Numbered from the stretch's first letter, positions 28,680 to 39,714 are shown. The stretch is 64,000 bases of DNA from Clostridia bacterium (GCA_017621085.1 JAGATW010000074.1:4224-68223); one strand, 5' to 3'. A program made the numbers and translations. Notes: a model not told the origin generated them from the letters alone.

Positions 28680-29213
28680 ATGATTAAAAAGCTTTTTACT
28701 GTACTGTATAACGGAGTACGATTTATTGGTTGCAGGTGCTACAAAAGGATTTTAAGTGTTAGCGCTTCCACTAAAATGGAAGTATCAAAATCTGCAAGGG
28801 TGAAAATTGGCAAGGGCTTTAGAACACGTAAGGGTGTTGAGATAAATGTCCGTAGTGGTGCTGTGCTTAATATTGGAAAAAATGTGTTTATGAATTCCGG
28901 CTGTATTATTACGGCAAGAGAGCAGGTTGAAATCGGTTCAAATACCATATTCGGCCCTAATGTTATGATATTTGATAATGACCACGCTATTAAAGATGGT
29001 GTAGTGTGTCATAATGAATTTGAAACAAAGCCTGTTACAATAGGTGAAAATGTATGGATTGGAGCAGGAGCAATTATATTAAAGGGCGCAACCATCGGCA
29101 ATAATGCCATAATAGCTGCGGGAAGTGTTGTTAAGGGACACGTGGAAAATGGCACTATTTTCGTTCAAAAGCGCGAAAGCACGATGATCCCTGTAATAAA
29201 GGAGGAGGCTTAA
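28680..29213 (+). CDS. hexapeptide-repeat (LbH) acyl/acetyltransferase
   Basis: 177 aa with repeated [LIV]G.N hexapeptides (IGENVWIGAGAIILKGATIGNNAIIAAGSVV). Confidence 0.8.
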   Translation: MIKKLFTVLYNGVRFIGCRCYKRILSVSASTKMEVSKSARVKIGKGFRTRKGVEINVRSGAVLNIGKNVFMNSGCIITAREQVEIGSNTIFGPNVMIFDNDHAIKDGVVCHNEFETKPVTIGENVWIGAGAIILKGATIGNNAIIAAGSVVKGHVENGTIFVQKRESTMIPVIKEEA

Positions 29214-30101
29214 ATGAAAATAAGAGTAGCATTAAAAGTGCTTGCAACTAAGTTTTATTGTAAATTTCCAAGACTTATATCTGATAAAGCTCACTCGAAG
29301 CTTTTATATTTCATTATGTTTGGAAAAAAGCCGGATTTAGATAATCCAAAGACAATGAATGAATACATATGCTCATCTAAAATATCTGATGAAAAGCTTG
29401 CATATGATAAATACACTGACAAATACGAGGTAAGAAAATATGTTGAGTCAGTTATCGGTAAGGAATATTTAAATGAGGTTTTAGGTATATACGACAGTTT
29501 TGACGAAATTGATTTTGATACCTTGCCAAATTCCTTTGCAATGAAAGCAACACATGGCTCATCATACAACATAGTTGTTAAGGACAAAAGCACACTTGAC
29601 AAAAAGGAAGCAAAGGCTAAGTTTGACAAGTGGCTCAAAGAAAACTTTTATTACAAGGACAGAGAGAAAAATTACTTTAACATAAAGCCAAGAATAATGT
29701 GCGATGCCTTCTTAAATCCGAAGGACGGACAGTTAGAGGAATATAAGCTTTTCTGCTTTAACGGTAAGGTGGGCTTTATTCAGCACAATAAGCAGATAGA
29801 TGGAAAAAGATACGACAATATTTTTGACCCACAATGGAATATATTGCCTGTAAAGTATGGTTATAATGGCTTTGAGGGCGACCATGCTCCGCAAAACGGA
29901 CAAGAGCTTATAGATGTGGCAGAAAAGCTTGCAGCACCATTTAAGCTTGTACGTGTTGATTTATACAATGTAGATGGAAGAATTGTGTTTAGCGAGCTTA
30001 CATTCCACTCAGGCGGTGGCTTAATTCCGTTTAAGCCGGCAGAGTACGATAGAAAATTTGGCGATTTGTTAAATTCGGACAATCAAACAGGAAAGAATTA
30101 A
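29214..30101 (+). CDS. TupA-like ATP-grasp protein
   Basis: 295 aa. KYEVRKYVESVIGKEYLNEVLGIYDSFDEIDFDTLPNSFAMKATHGS ... YKLFCFNGK ... VRVDLYNVDGRIVFSELTF matches my memory of the ATPgrasp_TupA family found in teichuronic-acid and CPS loci. Confidence 0.7.
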   Translation: MKIRVALKVLATKFYCKFPRLISDKAHSKLLYFIMFGKKPDLDNPKTMNEYICSSKISDEKLAYDKYTDKYEVRKYVESVIGKEYLNEVLGIYDSFDEIDFDTLPNSFAMKATHGSSYNIVVKDKSTLDKKEAKAKFDKWLKENFYYKDREKNYFNIKPRIMCDAFLNPKDGQLEEYKLFCFNGKVGFIQHNKQIDGKRYDNIFDPQWNILPVKYGYNGFEGDHAPQNGQELIDVAEKLAAPFKLVRVDLYNVDGRIVFSELTFHSGGGLIPFKPAEYDRKFGDLLNSDNQTGKN

Positions 30102-30108
30102 GGTAGTA

Positions 30109-31338
30109 ATGAAGGTTTTATTTTTAGGCTCATTGATAACACAAGAGTCAATGGAGCAATTTAATAATTTAAGCAAGGAAAAAGCATCGGTAGCGCCTGT
30201 TAATTATGAAACAATGCTTGTAAAGGGCCTTGTGGAAAACGGAATAGAGGTAGAGGCACTCAGTGTGCCTGCGGTTGCCGCATTTCCAAACAGCAAGGTT
30301 AAATTTGTCAAGAGGACAACACAGACCCTTGATAACGGTGTAGTGATAAATTGGGTGCCATTTATAAACGTTCAAGGCTTAAAGCAAATGAGCATTAAGC
30401 AAAGCTCCAAAAAAATGATAAAAAAATGGCTAAAGGACAACCGTGACGTTAAGGACAAGCTTGTTTTGATGTATTCGATTTATCCCCCTTACACAGCCCC
30501 TGCGGTTGAGCTATGCAAAAGGGAAGGATGCCATTTAAGCACGATTATTACCGATCTTCCGGAATATATGTATAGCTGGAAGAGAAGTAAGGGCATAAAG
30601 GGAATGTTTGCCAATCATTTACAGGAGCAAATGCTTGAGCTTCAAGATAAAGAGGACAGCTACATTCTGTTTACCGAAAAAATGGCAAAGAGAATGGGTG
30701 TTGATAACAAGCCTTATATGGTGTCAGAGGGCTTTAGTGACGAAAGCGTATATAGTGGAATAGAGCCACAGGAAAAGTATGAAAAAAAGACAATAGTGTA
30801 CGGTGGCAACTTAAGTAAGCTATATGGAATACGCGCACTTTTAGATGGCTTTATGCAGACCAAGGGCGACTATGAATTACACCTATATGGCGCAGGAGCC
30901 GATTCGCAATATGCAAAGGAATGTGCAGAAAAGGATTCAAGAGTTAAGTTTTTTGGCAGAGTTTCAAGAAACGAAATGCTTGTCGCCTTAAAGAAAGCAC
31001 ACCTGTTAATCGTGAATAAGCCAACAAGCGATGATTACAGTAATTATTCCTTCTCCTCGAAGATACTTGAATATATGACATCAGGTACTCCTGTTTTAAC
31101 AACAAGAGTGGGAGGAATGAAAGCTGAATATTATGATTATTTCTATTTCATTGAGGATGAAACACCTGTCGGCATTTCAAAAGCGATTGAAGAAAACCTG
31201 TCAAGGTCCGAAAATGAGCTTAATGAAATGGGAAAAATGGCATATACATTTGCCACTCAACAAAAGAATTACAACCATCAATGTAAGAAAATTGTTGATT
31301 TTTTAAATGATGTTAACAGGAAAGGAGACGTGAGATGA
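30109..31338 (+). CDS. glycosyltransferase (GT-B, GT4-like)
   Basis: 409 aa. The C-terminal ...SSKILEYMTSGTPVLTTRVGG is a GT1/GT4-type sugar-donor region. Confidence 0.65.
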   Translation: MKVLFLGSLITQESMEQFNNLSKEKASVAPVNYETMLVKGLVENGIEVEALSVPAVAAFPNSKVKFVKRTTQTLDNGVVINWVPFINVQGLKQMSIKQSSKKMIKKWLKDNRDVKDKLVLMYSIYPPYTAPAVELCKREGCHLSTIITDLPEYMYSWKRSKGIKGMFANHLQEQMLELQDKEDSYILFTEKMAKRMGVDNKPYMVSEGFSDESVYSGIEPQEKYEKKTIVYGGNLSKLYGIRALLDGFMQTKGDYELHLYGAGADSQYAKECAEKDSRVKFFGRVSRNEMLVALKKAHLLIVNKPTSDDYSNYSFSSKILEYMTSGTPVLTTRVGGMKAEYYDYFYFIEDETPVGISKAIEENLSRSENELNEMGKMAYTFATQQKNYNHQCKKIVDFLNDVNRKGDVR

Positions 31339-32570
31339 AGCAGAGTACTTTTTTTAGTACAATACATTTGTTTTTAGGAATGTACATTGTTCTTTGGCTT
31401 AATGCCGGCAATTTTAGTTATATAGGCGACTACATTCCTACCGTGGTAAAGTTCGGATTGGTTGCAATATGGCTTATGTTATCATTTGTACAACATCCGG
31501 ATTTTATAGTTGAATATGTAAAACTTTCCTGGCCATTGCTATTTTTTACATTTATTATGATAGTTTCAATGTCGAGCTTTACACAGCAATTTCAAATGAA
31601 CTACATTTATTGTTTGATAATGTTGGCGGTGACTTGCTATTATTATAAATACGGAACGCCTAAGGACATAAAAGCTATAATTTTAATTTTTGCCTTGGAT
31701 GTACTTATAGTATCAATACACACATATGTGGTAGTTCTTGAAAATCCTATTGTTGCAAGAGCGATAAGTACAGGTGCTGCCTTAAGAGAGGATTTGCTTG
31801 AGGACGTTGTAGTGCCAAAGGGTGTTGGTGGATATGGACTGTGTTATCAGCTTTGTTGCTTGATACCAATCGTTTCATATTTCTTCAACAAGAAAAAGAT
31901 AAATATCATAGTTAAGCTTATAGCATATGCTTTTGTTTTGCTGTTGCTTTTCCAAGCTCAGTTTACTCTCGCCTTAATAACCTATGTAATATGCTTGATT
32001 ATTTCGTTTTCTTATGGTAAAAACGGAACTATTAACCTGTTAATTGCTAAGTTTGTTATGGTTGTAGTCGCAGTACTTTTGATTATTAATATTGAACCTA
32101 TTTTGGAATATGCTATTGAGCTTTCAAATGCGGAGCTTGCCACACGTCTTAATGAGATATTGAATTTTATTCGTGAAAGCGACACATCGGGTAGTGATAT
32201 TTCGTCACGACTGGATTTGTATCAAAAGTCTTTAAATTCATTTGGTAGCAACATTATAATTGGTTCGTTTGGAGCAAAAACATACGGTTCACACTCAACA
32301 TTTCTTGATTTGCTTGGAGCCTTCGGTATTATAGGTGGATTGGGATATGCAGGCTTAGTGCTTCCAATGTTCAAAGCAAGAAATTATATACAACGAGATA
32401 ATAACATAAGAAAGGTTGCAACCTTGAGCATATTGGTAATTATGGTTCTTTCAGTCATTAATGTTATTATCAGTGTTGAAATTATGCTTACTTCTATAGT
32501 GATACTTCCTCTTGGATTGAAGTATTTGTACGATAACGGAGGTGGCAAGCTTGAAAATAGTGCAAATTAA
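31335..32570 (+). CDS. O-antigen/EPS polymerase (Wzy-like) membrane protein
   Basis: 411 aa with about 10-11 TM segments and one larger loop, located inside a Wzx-containing locus. ATGA overlap with the upstream gene. Confidence 0.6.
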   Translation: MKQSTFFSTIHLFLGMYIVLWLNAGNFSYIGDYIPTVVKFGLVAIWLMLSFVQHPDFIVEYVKLSWPLLFFTFIMIVSMSSFTQQFQMNYIYCLIMLAVTCYYYKYGTPKDIKAIILIFALDVLIVSIHTYVVVLENPIVARAISTGAALREDLLEDVVVPKGVGGYGLCYQLCCLIPIVSYFFNKKKINIIVKLIAYAFVLLLLFQAQFTLALITYVICLIISFSYGKNGTINLLIAKFVMVVVAVLLIINIEPILEYAIELSNAELATRLNEILNFIRESDTSGSDISSRLDLYQKSLNSFGSNIIIGSFGAKTYGSHSTFLDLLGAFGIIGGLGYAGLVLPMFKARNYIQRDNNIRKVATLSILVIMVLSVINVIISVEIMLTSIVILPLGLKYLYDNGGGKLENSAN

Positions 32571-33759
32571 TGTGACATATAGTAGTGGCAGCACAGGGAA
32601 AATAGCATATCAAATTCATCAAAAGCTTGATAAAGAAAAGGTTGACAATAAAATTATTTTCGGCTATGGCAAGGGTGAAGAAGGTATTGGCTATTCAATG
32701 TACAGTAAGCTTGGCACACATTTGCACAGCTTTTTGTCAAGAAAAATGTGTATGCAGGGCTTATGCTCCTGGAAAAAAACCGCGGATATGATAGACTTTT
32801 TAAAGAAAGAAAAGCCGGACATTATTCACTTGCACAATATACACGGACATTACTTGAACTATCCTAAGCTATTTAAGTATTTGAAGGAAAGTGATATTCC
32901 TGTGGTTTGGACCTTTCATGATTGTTGGCCCTTTACGGGAAAATGCTCACACTATTTTAATGCAAAGTGTGATAAATGGAAATCGGGATGCTATGATTGT
33001 CCAAATCTTGCAACCTATCCGGACAGCACATACGACGGAACAAAAAAGGGATATTTGAAAAAGAAGAATAGCTTTACCTCTGTTGACAAGCTTAATATAG
33101 TATGCAACTCAAAATGGCTAAAGAGTCAGGTTGAGGAATCCTTCTTAAAGGATAAGCCGATTTATCAAATATATAATGGTGTAGATACAGAGGTTTTCAA
33201 GCCCGTGTACGACGAAAATATATTCAAAAAATATAACATCCCACAAAATAAGTTTATTGTTTTGGGCGTTTCAGGTGTGTGGAAGGAAGCAAAGGGTCTT
33301 AATACCTTTTTGGAGCTTTCCAAACGCATAGGAGAAGATGTAGCAATAGTTATGGTAGGCTTGACAGAAAAGCAAATAGAAGCTTTACCAAAGGGGATAA
33401 CAGGTATTACAAGAACAGAAAATATGGAGGAGCTTGCAAAGCTTTATACAATGTCTGATGTTCTTTTGAATCCCTCAATGGAGGAAACCTTTGGTATGGT
33501 TGCTGCTGAAAGCATGGCTTGTGGCACACCTGTAATAGTTTCAACTACAACCGCATGTCCGGAGGTGGCTGATGAAAAAACAGGAATTTGTATAGATATG
33601 TCGGATATAAGTAACGTTATGTCAGCCATTGATACTGTTAAGAAAAATAAAAAGCAGAGCTATACAAAGAACTGCGTAGAACGAATTGAAAAACTTTTTT
33701 CGTTGGAAAAAATGTGTGAAAAATATCTTTCACTATATGAACAATTAATGGCTGATTAG
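32542..33759 (+). CDS. glycosyltransferase family 4
   Basis: 405 aa with NPSMEETFGMVAAESMACGTPVIV (EX7E). The start is ambiguous (GTG at 32542 or TTG at 32551, after GGAGGTGG). Confidence 0.75.
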   Translation: MASLKIVQINVTYSSGSTGKIAYQIHQKLDKEKVDNKIIFGYGKGEEGIGYSMYSKLGTHLHSFLSRKMCMQGLCSWKKTADMIDFLKKEKPDIIHLHNIHGHYLNYPKLFKYLKESDIPVVWTFHDCWPFTGKCSHYFNAKCDKWKSGCYDCPNLATYPDSTYDGTKKGYLKKKNSFTSVDKLNIVCNSKWLKSQVEESFLKDKPIYQIYNGVDTEVFKPVYDENIFKKYNIPQNKFIVLGVSGVWKEAKGLNTFLELSKRIGEDVAIVMVGLTEKQIEALPKGITGITRTENMEELAKLYTMSDVLLNPSMEETFGMVAAESMACGTPVIVSTTTACPEVADEKTGICIDMSDISNVMSAIDTVKKNKKQSYTKNCVERIEKLFSLEKMCEKYLSLYEQLMAD

Positions 33760-33781
33760 AGCATATTGAGGAGACTTAGAA

Positions 33782-35311
33782 TTGAACAAATCTAAAAAAA
33801 TAGGAGCTATACTATCATATTTAGCTACAATATTGACTTCGGCTGTCTCTATATTTTTGACACCTTTCATATTGTCGCGCTTGGGAGATGCAGAATATGG
33901 AGTGTACAGAATAGTACAGTCGTTCACAGGACAGCTTGCACTGATTTCTATTGGATTAGGAACAATAGCATCAGTTTTTATTGCCAAATACAATGTGCGA
34001 AAAGATGAAAACGCACTGAAGGAAAAAGAGAATTTTGTAGCTATGGGCATAACTATTGCTACGGTATTGTCTGTTATATTGTTGATAATTGGCGGAATAC
34101 TATTCTTCTTTGTAGATGATTTGTATGCGAATACAATGACATCCGATCAATTACAGCTTGTAAACAAGATGTACGTAGTTTTGGTCATTAACGTTGCATT
34201 ATACTTATTTAGAGACATTTTTGTAGGAATAGTACATGGCTACGAAAGATTCGTATACTGCAATGGCTTGAAGGTTTTAAGAATTCTTTTAAGAGTGGCC
34301 TTGATTATTGTGTTGCTTGGAATAGGCATGAGATCATTAGCACTTGTTTTGTGCGATTTAGCACTTACTGTGTTTATGCTGCTTTGCGATGTATTCTATT
34401 GCTTTTTTGTACTCAAGCTTAAGGCAAAATTTCACTTTTTTGATAAAGCATTGTTTAGAAATATATTTTCATTTTCTCTTGCAATGTTTTTACAGACCTT
34501 TGTTAATCAGGTTAATCAAAATTTAGGTAGTGTTATACTTGGAGCTATGGTAGTGCCGGAGCTTGTAACTGTGTATGCTCTTGCATTAAGTCTATACTTG
34601 GCATTCAATAGTGTAGTATCGTCAATAGCAACCTTATATACACCTGAGGCGGCACAGCTTGTACAACGAGGTGCAACAGAGGATGAATTAAGTGATTTTA
34701 CTATAAAGGTGGGAAGAATACAGGCAATAACCTCAACTCTTATAGTAGGAGGCTTCCTTATTGTCGGTAGGCAGTTTGTAGAAATTTGGACTGGTGCAAG
34801 CAAGATGGATGTATATTACCTTGCATTGATTTTGATGGTACCTACTGTAATTTCCACAATGTTCACAGGAGCAAACAGCCTGCTTGATGCTTATATGAAG
34901 CGAATGGGTAGGTCAATAATCTTATTGATAACTGCAATTATAAATATTGTATTGAGCATTGTTCTGATAAGGTTTATCGGATACTGGGGAGCTGCCATCA
35001 GTACTGCTGTATCCGTAGTAGTCGGACAGATAATTGCAATGTGCATTTACTATAAGAAGGTATTTGGATTTAAGGTTATAAGATTTTTTATTGGTTCGTT
35101 CAAGGGAATACTGTTAAGCCTAATAATTGCATTAGCGGTAACATTCCCGTTTGGATATTTGAATTTAGGCAACTTAGTAATGCTTTTAGTTAAAGGTGTA
35201 GTATTTGTTGCTGTATATGGAGCTTGCATGCTTTTATTTGGTATGACTAAAAACGAAAAGCAGGCTCTGTTCGGAAAGCTTTTTACAAAGCGTAAAGCAA
35301 AGGAGAAATAA
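33782..35311 (+). CDS. Wzx-type polysaccharide flippase (MOP superfamily)
   Basis: 509 aa with about 12-14 TM helices. The N-terminal pattern (LSYLATILTSAVSIFLTPFILSRLGDAEYGVY) is typical of the Polysacc_synt family. Confidence 0.75.
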   Translation: MNKSKKIGAILSYLATILTSAVSIFLTPFILSRLGDAEYGVYRIVQSFTGQLALISIGLGTIASVFIAKYNVRKDENALKEKENFVAMGITIATVLSVILLIIGGILFFFVDDLYANTMTSDQLQLVNKMYVVLVINVALYLFRDIFVGIVHGYERFVYCNGLKVLRILLRVALIIVLLGIGMRSLALVLCDLALTVFMLLCDVFYCFFVLKLKAKFHFFDKALFRNIFSFSLAMFLQTFVNQVNQNLGSVILGAMVVPELVTVYALALSLYLAFNSVVSSIATLYTPEAAQLVQRGATEDELSDFTIKVGRIQAITSTLIVGGFLIVGRQFVEIWTGASKMDVYYLALILMVPTVISTMFTGANSLLDAYMKRMGRSIILLITAIINIVLSIVLIRFIGYWGAAISTAVSVVVGQIIAMCIYYKKVFGFKVIRFFIGSFKGILLSLIIALAVTFPFGYLNLGNLVMLLVKGVVFVAVYGACMLLFGMTKNEKQALFGKLFTKRKAKEK

Positions 35312-35312
35312 A

Positions 35313-36236
35313 ATGAAATTAGCCCCAATTGTACTATTTGTGTATAATAGACCCTATCAAACCAAGGAGGTTTTAAGCTCCTTGTCTGCGTGCGACTATG
35401 CAAGGGAAAGCGACCTATACATTTTCGCTGATGCAGCAAAAAAGGAAGCTGCTGTTCCCAATGTTCAAGAGGTGCGTAAAACAGTTAACGATTCTCAATG
35501 GAAGAACTTATTTAAAACCGTAAACGTAATAGAAGCGGAAAATAATAAGGGCTTGGCAAAATCTGTAATTTCCGGTGTAACTCAGGTTATTGGGGAGCAT
35601 GGCAGGGTAATTGTTGTTGAGGATGATAACAGGGTTGCTCCCGATTTCTTGGACTATATGAACAGAGCGCTTGATTTCTATGAGAATAATCCTAAGATAG
35701 GCTTTATAGGGGCATATAAGGCACCGATAAAAATCCCCGATGACTATAATCACGATGTTTTTACTATGGGCAGAGGCTCAAGCTATTCCTGGGCTACATG
35801 GAAAAGCACCTGGGATTTGGTGGATTGGGAGGTAAAGGACTACCCACAGTTTAAAAAGGACAAGAAGGCAAGAAAGCTATTTGATGAATATGGCGAGGAC
35901 CGTTCTCAAATGTTAGATGCTCAAATGAGTGGAAAAATAGACTCTTGGGCAATACGCTTTTCTTATTCAATGTTTAAAAATAACAAGTACGCAATTCTTC
36001 CTACAAAAACAAGAGTGGAAAATATTGGCTTTGATGGCTCGGGTGTACATAATGTTGCGGCAGACAAGCGATTTGCGGTAACAATAGAAAAGGACTTAAA
36101 GCCTGCAAAATTTGAAAATCTTGAAGTTGATGAAAGAATTAAAAGGGCGTACGTATCAAAGTTCAAAATTCCTTTTAAAATTAAGCTTAAAAGATTTGTA
36201 AGGGGAATAATTGGTAAAAAGGGAGCAAAGCATTAA
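35313..36236 (+). CDS. glycosyltransferase (GT-A fold, DxD-type)
   Basis: 307 aa with APIVLFVYNRP...LYIFADAAK...VIVVEDD (DxD-like). The family assignment is tentative. Confidence 0.5.
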   Translation: MKLAPIVLFVYNRPYQTKEVLSSLSACDYARESDLYIFADAAKKEAAVPNVQEVRKTVNDSQWKNLFKTVNVIEAENNKGLAKSVISGVTQVIGEHGRVIVVEDDNRVAPDFLDYMNRALDFYENNPKIGFIGAYKAPIKIPDDYNHDVFTMGRGSSYSWATWKSTWDLVDWEVKDYPQFKKDKKARKLFDEYGEDRSQMLDAQMSGKIDSWAIRFSYSMFKNNKYAILPTKTRVENIGFDGSGVHNVAADKRFAVTIEKDLKPAKFENLEVDERIKRAYVSKFKIPFKIKLKRFVRGIIGKKGAKH

Positions 36237-36237
36237 T

Positions 36238-37299
36238 ATGAAAATAGGAGTAATGACCTTTCATTGGGCTACTAATTATGGTGCTGTTCTTCAATCATAT
36301 GCCTTGGTAAAGCATTTAAACAATCTTGGCTATGATGCTGAGGATATAAATTATATTCCAAGAAGAATAATGCTAAGGCTGCGCTTTTTCGATTTGTACC
36401 TAAGAAGATTTAATAATATAAAGCGTGCATCCAAGTTTAAAAGCTTTAGAAAGAGCTTTTTAAGGGTATCGAAAAAAACGTATAAGAATAATAAAGCTTT
36501 GCACAAAATCACAAACGAATACGATGCAGTAATAACAGGAAGCGACCAAATATGGAACGAAAGCTTTTTGACAACTGCTGAAAAAACACCTACACGTAGC
36601 TACTTTTTAGACTTCGTTCCTAAAAATGTAATTAGAATGAGCTATGCTGCAAGCTTCGGTACAAATATTCTAACCGAGGCACACAAGGCTCTTGCCTTGG
36701 ATGAGCTTGAGCAATTTGACGCAATTAGCGTAAGAGAGCAAAATGCAGTAGATATGCTTAAGGAACAAGGGATAAATGCTGTAACAGTATGCGACCCAAC
36801 ATTATTAATTGATGTTGGGGAATATGAGTGTATTGCACAAAAGGCAAAGGATAAATCTAAGGTGGAGCTTTTTAACTTTATGCTAAGAATGGGAAGAGAA
36901 AGCACAGATAAAACCTTAGACTATGTTCTAAATGACGCACTCAAGGACAAAACTAACTTAGGACAGGGCATTGTACCTGTTGAGGATTGGGTTTGGAAAA
37001 TTAAGAATTCCGATTTTGTTGTTACCGATTCATTTCATTGTATGGTATTTGCGTTGCTTTATCATAAGCCGTTTATCGCAGTAAATGATAAAAATTGTTC
37101 AATGAACGCAAGAATTAATACATTGGCACAACGCTTAGGCGTTGCTAACAGAGTAATTGATTCCTTTGATAAGGAAAAAATAAATCAATTAATAGAAAAT
37201 AAAGATATAGATTGGGACTTCGTTGAAAAGGCTAAGGCTGAATGGGTTCGTGAATCAACTGAATTTATAAGGTCAAGCTTAAATATAAAAAATAATTAA
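36238..37299 (+). CDS. polysaccharide pyruvyl transferase family protein
   Basis: The N-terminus [23 protein letters not shown] and the later SDQIWN are hallmarks of PS_pyruv_trans. I prefer the ATG at 36238. Confidence 0.75.
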   Translation: MKIGVMTFHWATNYGAVLQSYALVKHLNNLGYDAEDINYIPRRIMLRLRFFDLYLRRFNNIKRASKFKSFRKSFLRVSKKTYKNNKALHKITNEYDAVITGSDQIWNESFLTTAEKTPTRSYFLDFVPKNVIRMSYAASFGTNILTEAHKALALDELEQFDAISVREQNAVDMLKEQGINAVTVCDPTLLIDVGEYECIAQKAKDKSKVELFNFMLRMGRESTDKTLDYVLNDALKDKTNLGQGIVPVEDWVWKIKNSDFVVTDSFHCMVFALLYHKPFIAVNDKNCSMNARINTLAQRLGVANRVIDSFDKEKINQLIENKDIDWDFVEKAKAEWVRESTEFIRSSLNIKNN

Positions 37300-37316
37300 T
37301 TTACAAGGAGAGCATT

Positions 37317-38555
37317 ATGAAAATTGCAGTAGCGGGAACAGGCTATGTAGGACTATCAATAGCAGTATTATTGTCACAGCATCACGAGGTAAAGGCAGTA
37401 GATATTATACCTGAAAAGGTAGAAATGATTAACAATCGTAAATCTCCTATACAGGATAACGAAATAGAAGAATATCTTGCAACAAAGGAGTTAAATTTAG
37501 TAGCTACATTAAACGCAGAGGAAGCATACAAGGATGCTGATTTTGTTGTAATTGCAGCTCCTACAAACTATGATTCTGAAAAGAACTTTTTTGACACCTC
37601 CGCTGTTGAAAATGTAATTGAGCTTGTAATGAAGCACAATCCAAATGCCATTATGGTTATTAAATCAACAATTCCTGTAGGATACACTAAGTCCGTAAGA
37701 GAAAAGATGGGATGCAAGAATATTATATTCAGTCCGGAATTTTTAAGAGAGAGCAAGGCTCTTTATGATAACCTATATCCATCAAGAATAGTAGTAGGCA
37801 CAGATTTAGAGGATGAAAGGCTTGTATCTGCCGCTAACACCTTTGCAGGTCTTTTGAAAGAGGGCGCTATAAAGGAAAATATAGAAACCTTGATTATGGG
37901 CTTAACTGAGGCAGAGGCTGTTAAATTGTTTGCAAATACATATCTTGCACTTCGTGTTTCATACTTTAATGAGCTTGACACATACGCAGAAATGAAGGGC
38001 TTAGACACTAAGCAAATAATAAATGGTGTATGCCTTGACCCAAGAATAGGCGACCATTATAACAATCCCTCATTTGGCTATGGTGGATACTGCTTGCCTA
38101 AGGATACAAAGCAGCTCTTGGCAAACTATAAGGACGTGCCGGAAAACCTTATTGAAGCAATAGTTGAGTCTAACAGAACAAGAAAGGACTTTATTGCTGA
38201 CAGAGTTTTACAAATGGCAGGCTACTATGCTTACGGTGACTCCGTTGAATATGATAGCACTAAGGAAAAGAATGTAGTTGTCGGTGTATATCGCTTAACA
38301 ATGAAGTCAAATTCAGATAACTTCCGTCAGTCATCCATACAGGGCGTTATGAAGAGAGTAAAGGCAAAGGGCGCAAGTGTAATAATTTACGAGCCTACTC
38401 TAAAGAATGGCGAAACCTTCTTTGGCAATGAAATAGTAAACGATTTAGAGGAGTTTAAAAAGCGTACAAACGTAATTATTGCCAACAGATACAACTCTGA
38501 GCTTGACGATGTAAAGGAAAAAATTTACACAAGAGACTTGTACTTAAGAGACTAA
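37317..38555 (+). CDS. ugd: UDP-glucose 6-dehydrogenase (nucleotide-sugar dehydrogenase)
   Basis: 412 aa with [14 protein letters not shown] Rossmann motif, catalytic-Cys context [10 protein letters not shown], and the FSPEFLRE motif. Confidence 0.9.
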   Translation: MKIAVAGTGYVGLSIAVLLSQHHEVKAVDIIPEKVEMINNRKSPIQDNEIEEYLATKELNLVATLNAEEAYKDADFVVIAAPTNYDSEKNFFDTSAVENVIELVMKHNPNAIMVIKSTIPVGYTKSVREKMGCKNIIFSPEFLRESKALYDNLYPSRIVVGTDLEDERLVSAANTFAGLLKEGAIKENIETLIMGLTEAEAVKLFANTYLALRVSYFNELDTYAEMKGLDTKQIINGVCLDPRIGDHYNNPSFGYGGYCLPKDTKQLLANYKDVPENLIEAIVESNRTRKDFIADRVLQMAGYYAYGDSVEYDSTKEKNVVVGVYRLTMKSNSDNFRQSSIQGVMKRVKAKGASVIIYEPTLKNGETFFGNEIVNDLEEFKKRTNVIIANRYNSELDDVKEKIYTRDLYLRD

Positions 38556-38558
38556 AAT

Positions 38559-39707
38559 ATGATAAAAATACTTGAAAAATCTAAGTGTAGTGGTTGTCAC
38601 GCCTGTGTAGGCGTATGTCCTTACGGCTGTATAACAATGCAAAGGGATGAGGATGGCTTTTTGTATCCTGTAATTGACGAATCCTCTTGCGTTGATTGTA
38701 AGCTGTGCGAAAGGGTATGCCCTATAATCAACAAAAAGGAAAGCTGCAAGCAAATAGAGGACATAAGCACTTATGCTGCCTATACAAAGGACAACAACCT
38801 ACGCTTTAATAGCTCATCCGGAGGAATTTTTACTGAAATTGCATCTGCTGTTATAGAAGATGGAGGAGTTGTTTTCGGTGCAGCGTTTACAGAGAATTTT
38901 GACGTAGCGCATAAGTGTATTGATAGGATTGAGGGCTTAAGAGAGCTTCGTGGCTCAAAATACGTTCAAAGCACCATAGGAAACACATATAGCCTTGCAA
39001 AGCAGTATTTGCAAGATGGCAGAAAAGTGTTATTTACAGGTACACCGTGCCAAATTGCAGGCTTATATAGCTATCTTGGCAAGGAATACGATAATTTGAT
39101 TACACAAGACATTATATGTCACGGTGTGCCATCTCCAATGCTATGGAGAAAATATATTGAGCTTCGTGAAAGCAAGGTGGGCGCAAGGACACAGGGCGTG
39201 TCCTTTAGGCATAAGAAAACGGGATGGAAAACATTTTCCATACATCTTGCCTTTGCAAACAATAAGGAGTATATAGCTTCTATCTCTAAAGACTATTATA
39301 TGCGTGGATTTCTTTCCAACCTTTGCTTAAGACCATCGTGCTATGATTGTAAATTCAAGGATAAAATAAGACAGAGTGATATAACTCTTGCTGACTTTTG
39401 GGGAATACAGCACGTTTTACCCGAAATGAACGATAACAAGGGTACATCCCTTGTAATTGTAAATTCCAAGACAGGAAGAGAATTAATTAAAAGAATTAGC
39501 GATAAAATAACCATTAAGTCTGCTAATTTAGATGAGGCAATTAAGCACAACACAGCAATGACTTGTTCCGCTTCTTGCCCTTCTGACAGAGAGGCTTATA
39601 TGGAAACAGTAAGGACGAAGGGAATTAAGAGGGCAACTAAAAAATATCTAAAGGTCAGCTTCGCTTTAAAGACTAAAAGATGGTTGCGTCGTTTCTTGAA
39701 AAAATAG
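38559..39707 (+). CDS. FrhB-like (coenzyme F420 hydrogenase beta-subunit family) 4Fe-4S protein
   Basis: 382 aa. Two ferredoxin-type motifs near the N-terminus (CSGCHACVGVCP, CVDCKLCERVCP), followed by an FrhB_N/C-like body. Confidence 0.7.
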   Translation: MIKILEKSKCSGCHACVGVCPYGCITMQRDEDGFLYPVIDESSCVDCKLCERVCPIINKKESCKQIEDISTYAAYTKDNNLRFNSSSGGIFTEIASAVIEDGGVVFGAAFTENFDVAHKCIDRIEGLRELRGSKYVQSTIGNTYSLAKQYLQDGRKVLFTGTPCQIAGLYSYLGKEYDNLITQDIICHGVPSPMLWRKYIELRESKVGARTQGVSFRHKKTGWKTFSIHLAFANNKEYIASISKDYYMRGFLSNLCLRPSCYDCKFKDKIRQSDITLADFWGIQHVLPEMNDNKGTSLVIVNSKTGRELIKRISDKITIKSANLDEAIKHNTAMTCSASCPSDREAYMETVRTKGIKRATKKYLKVSFALKTKRWLRRFLKK

Positions 39708-39714
39708 TTTAAAT

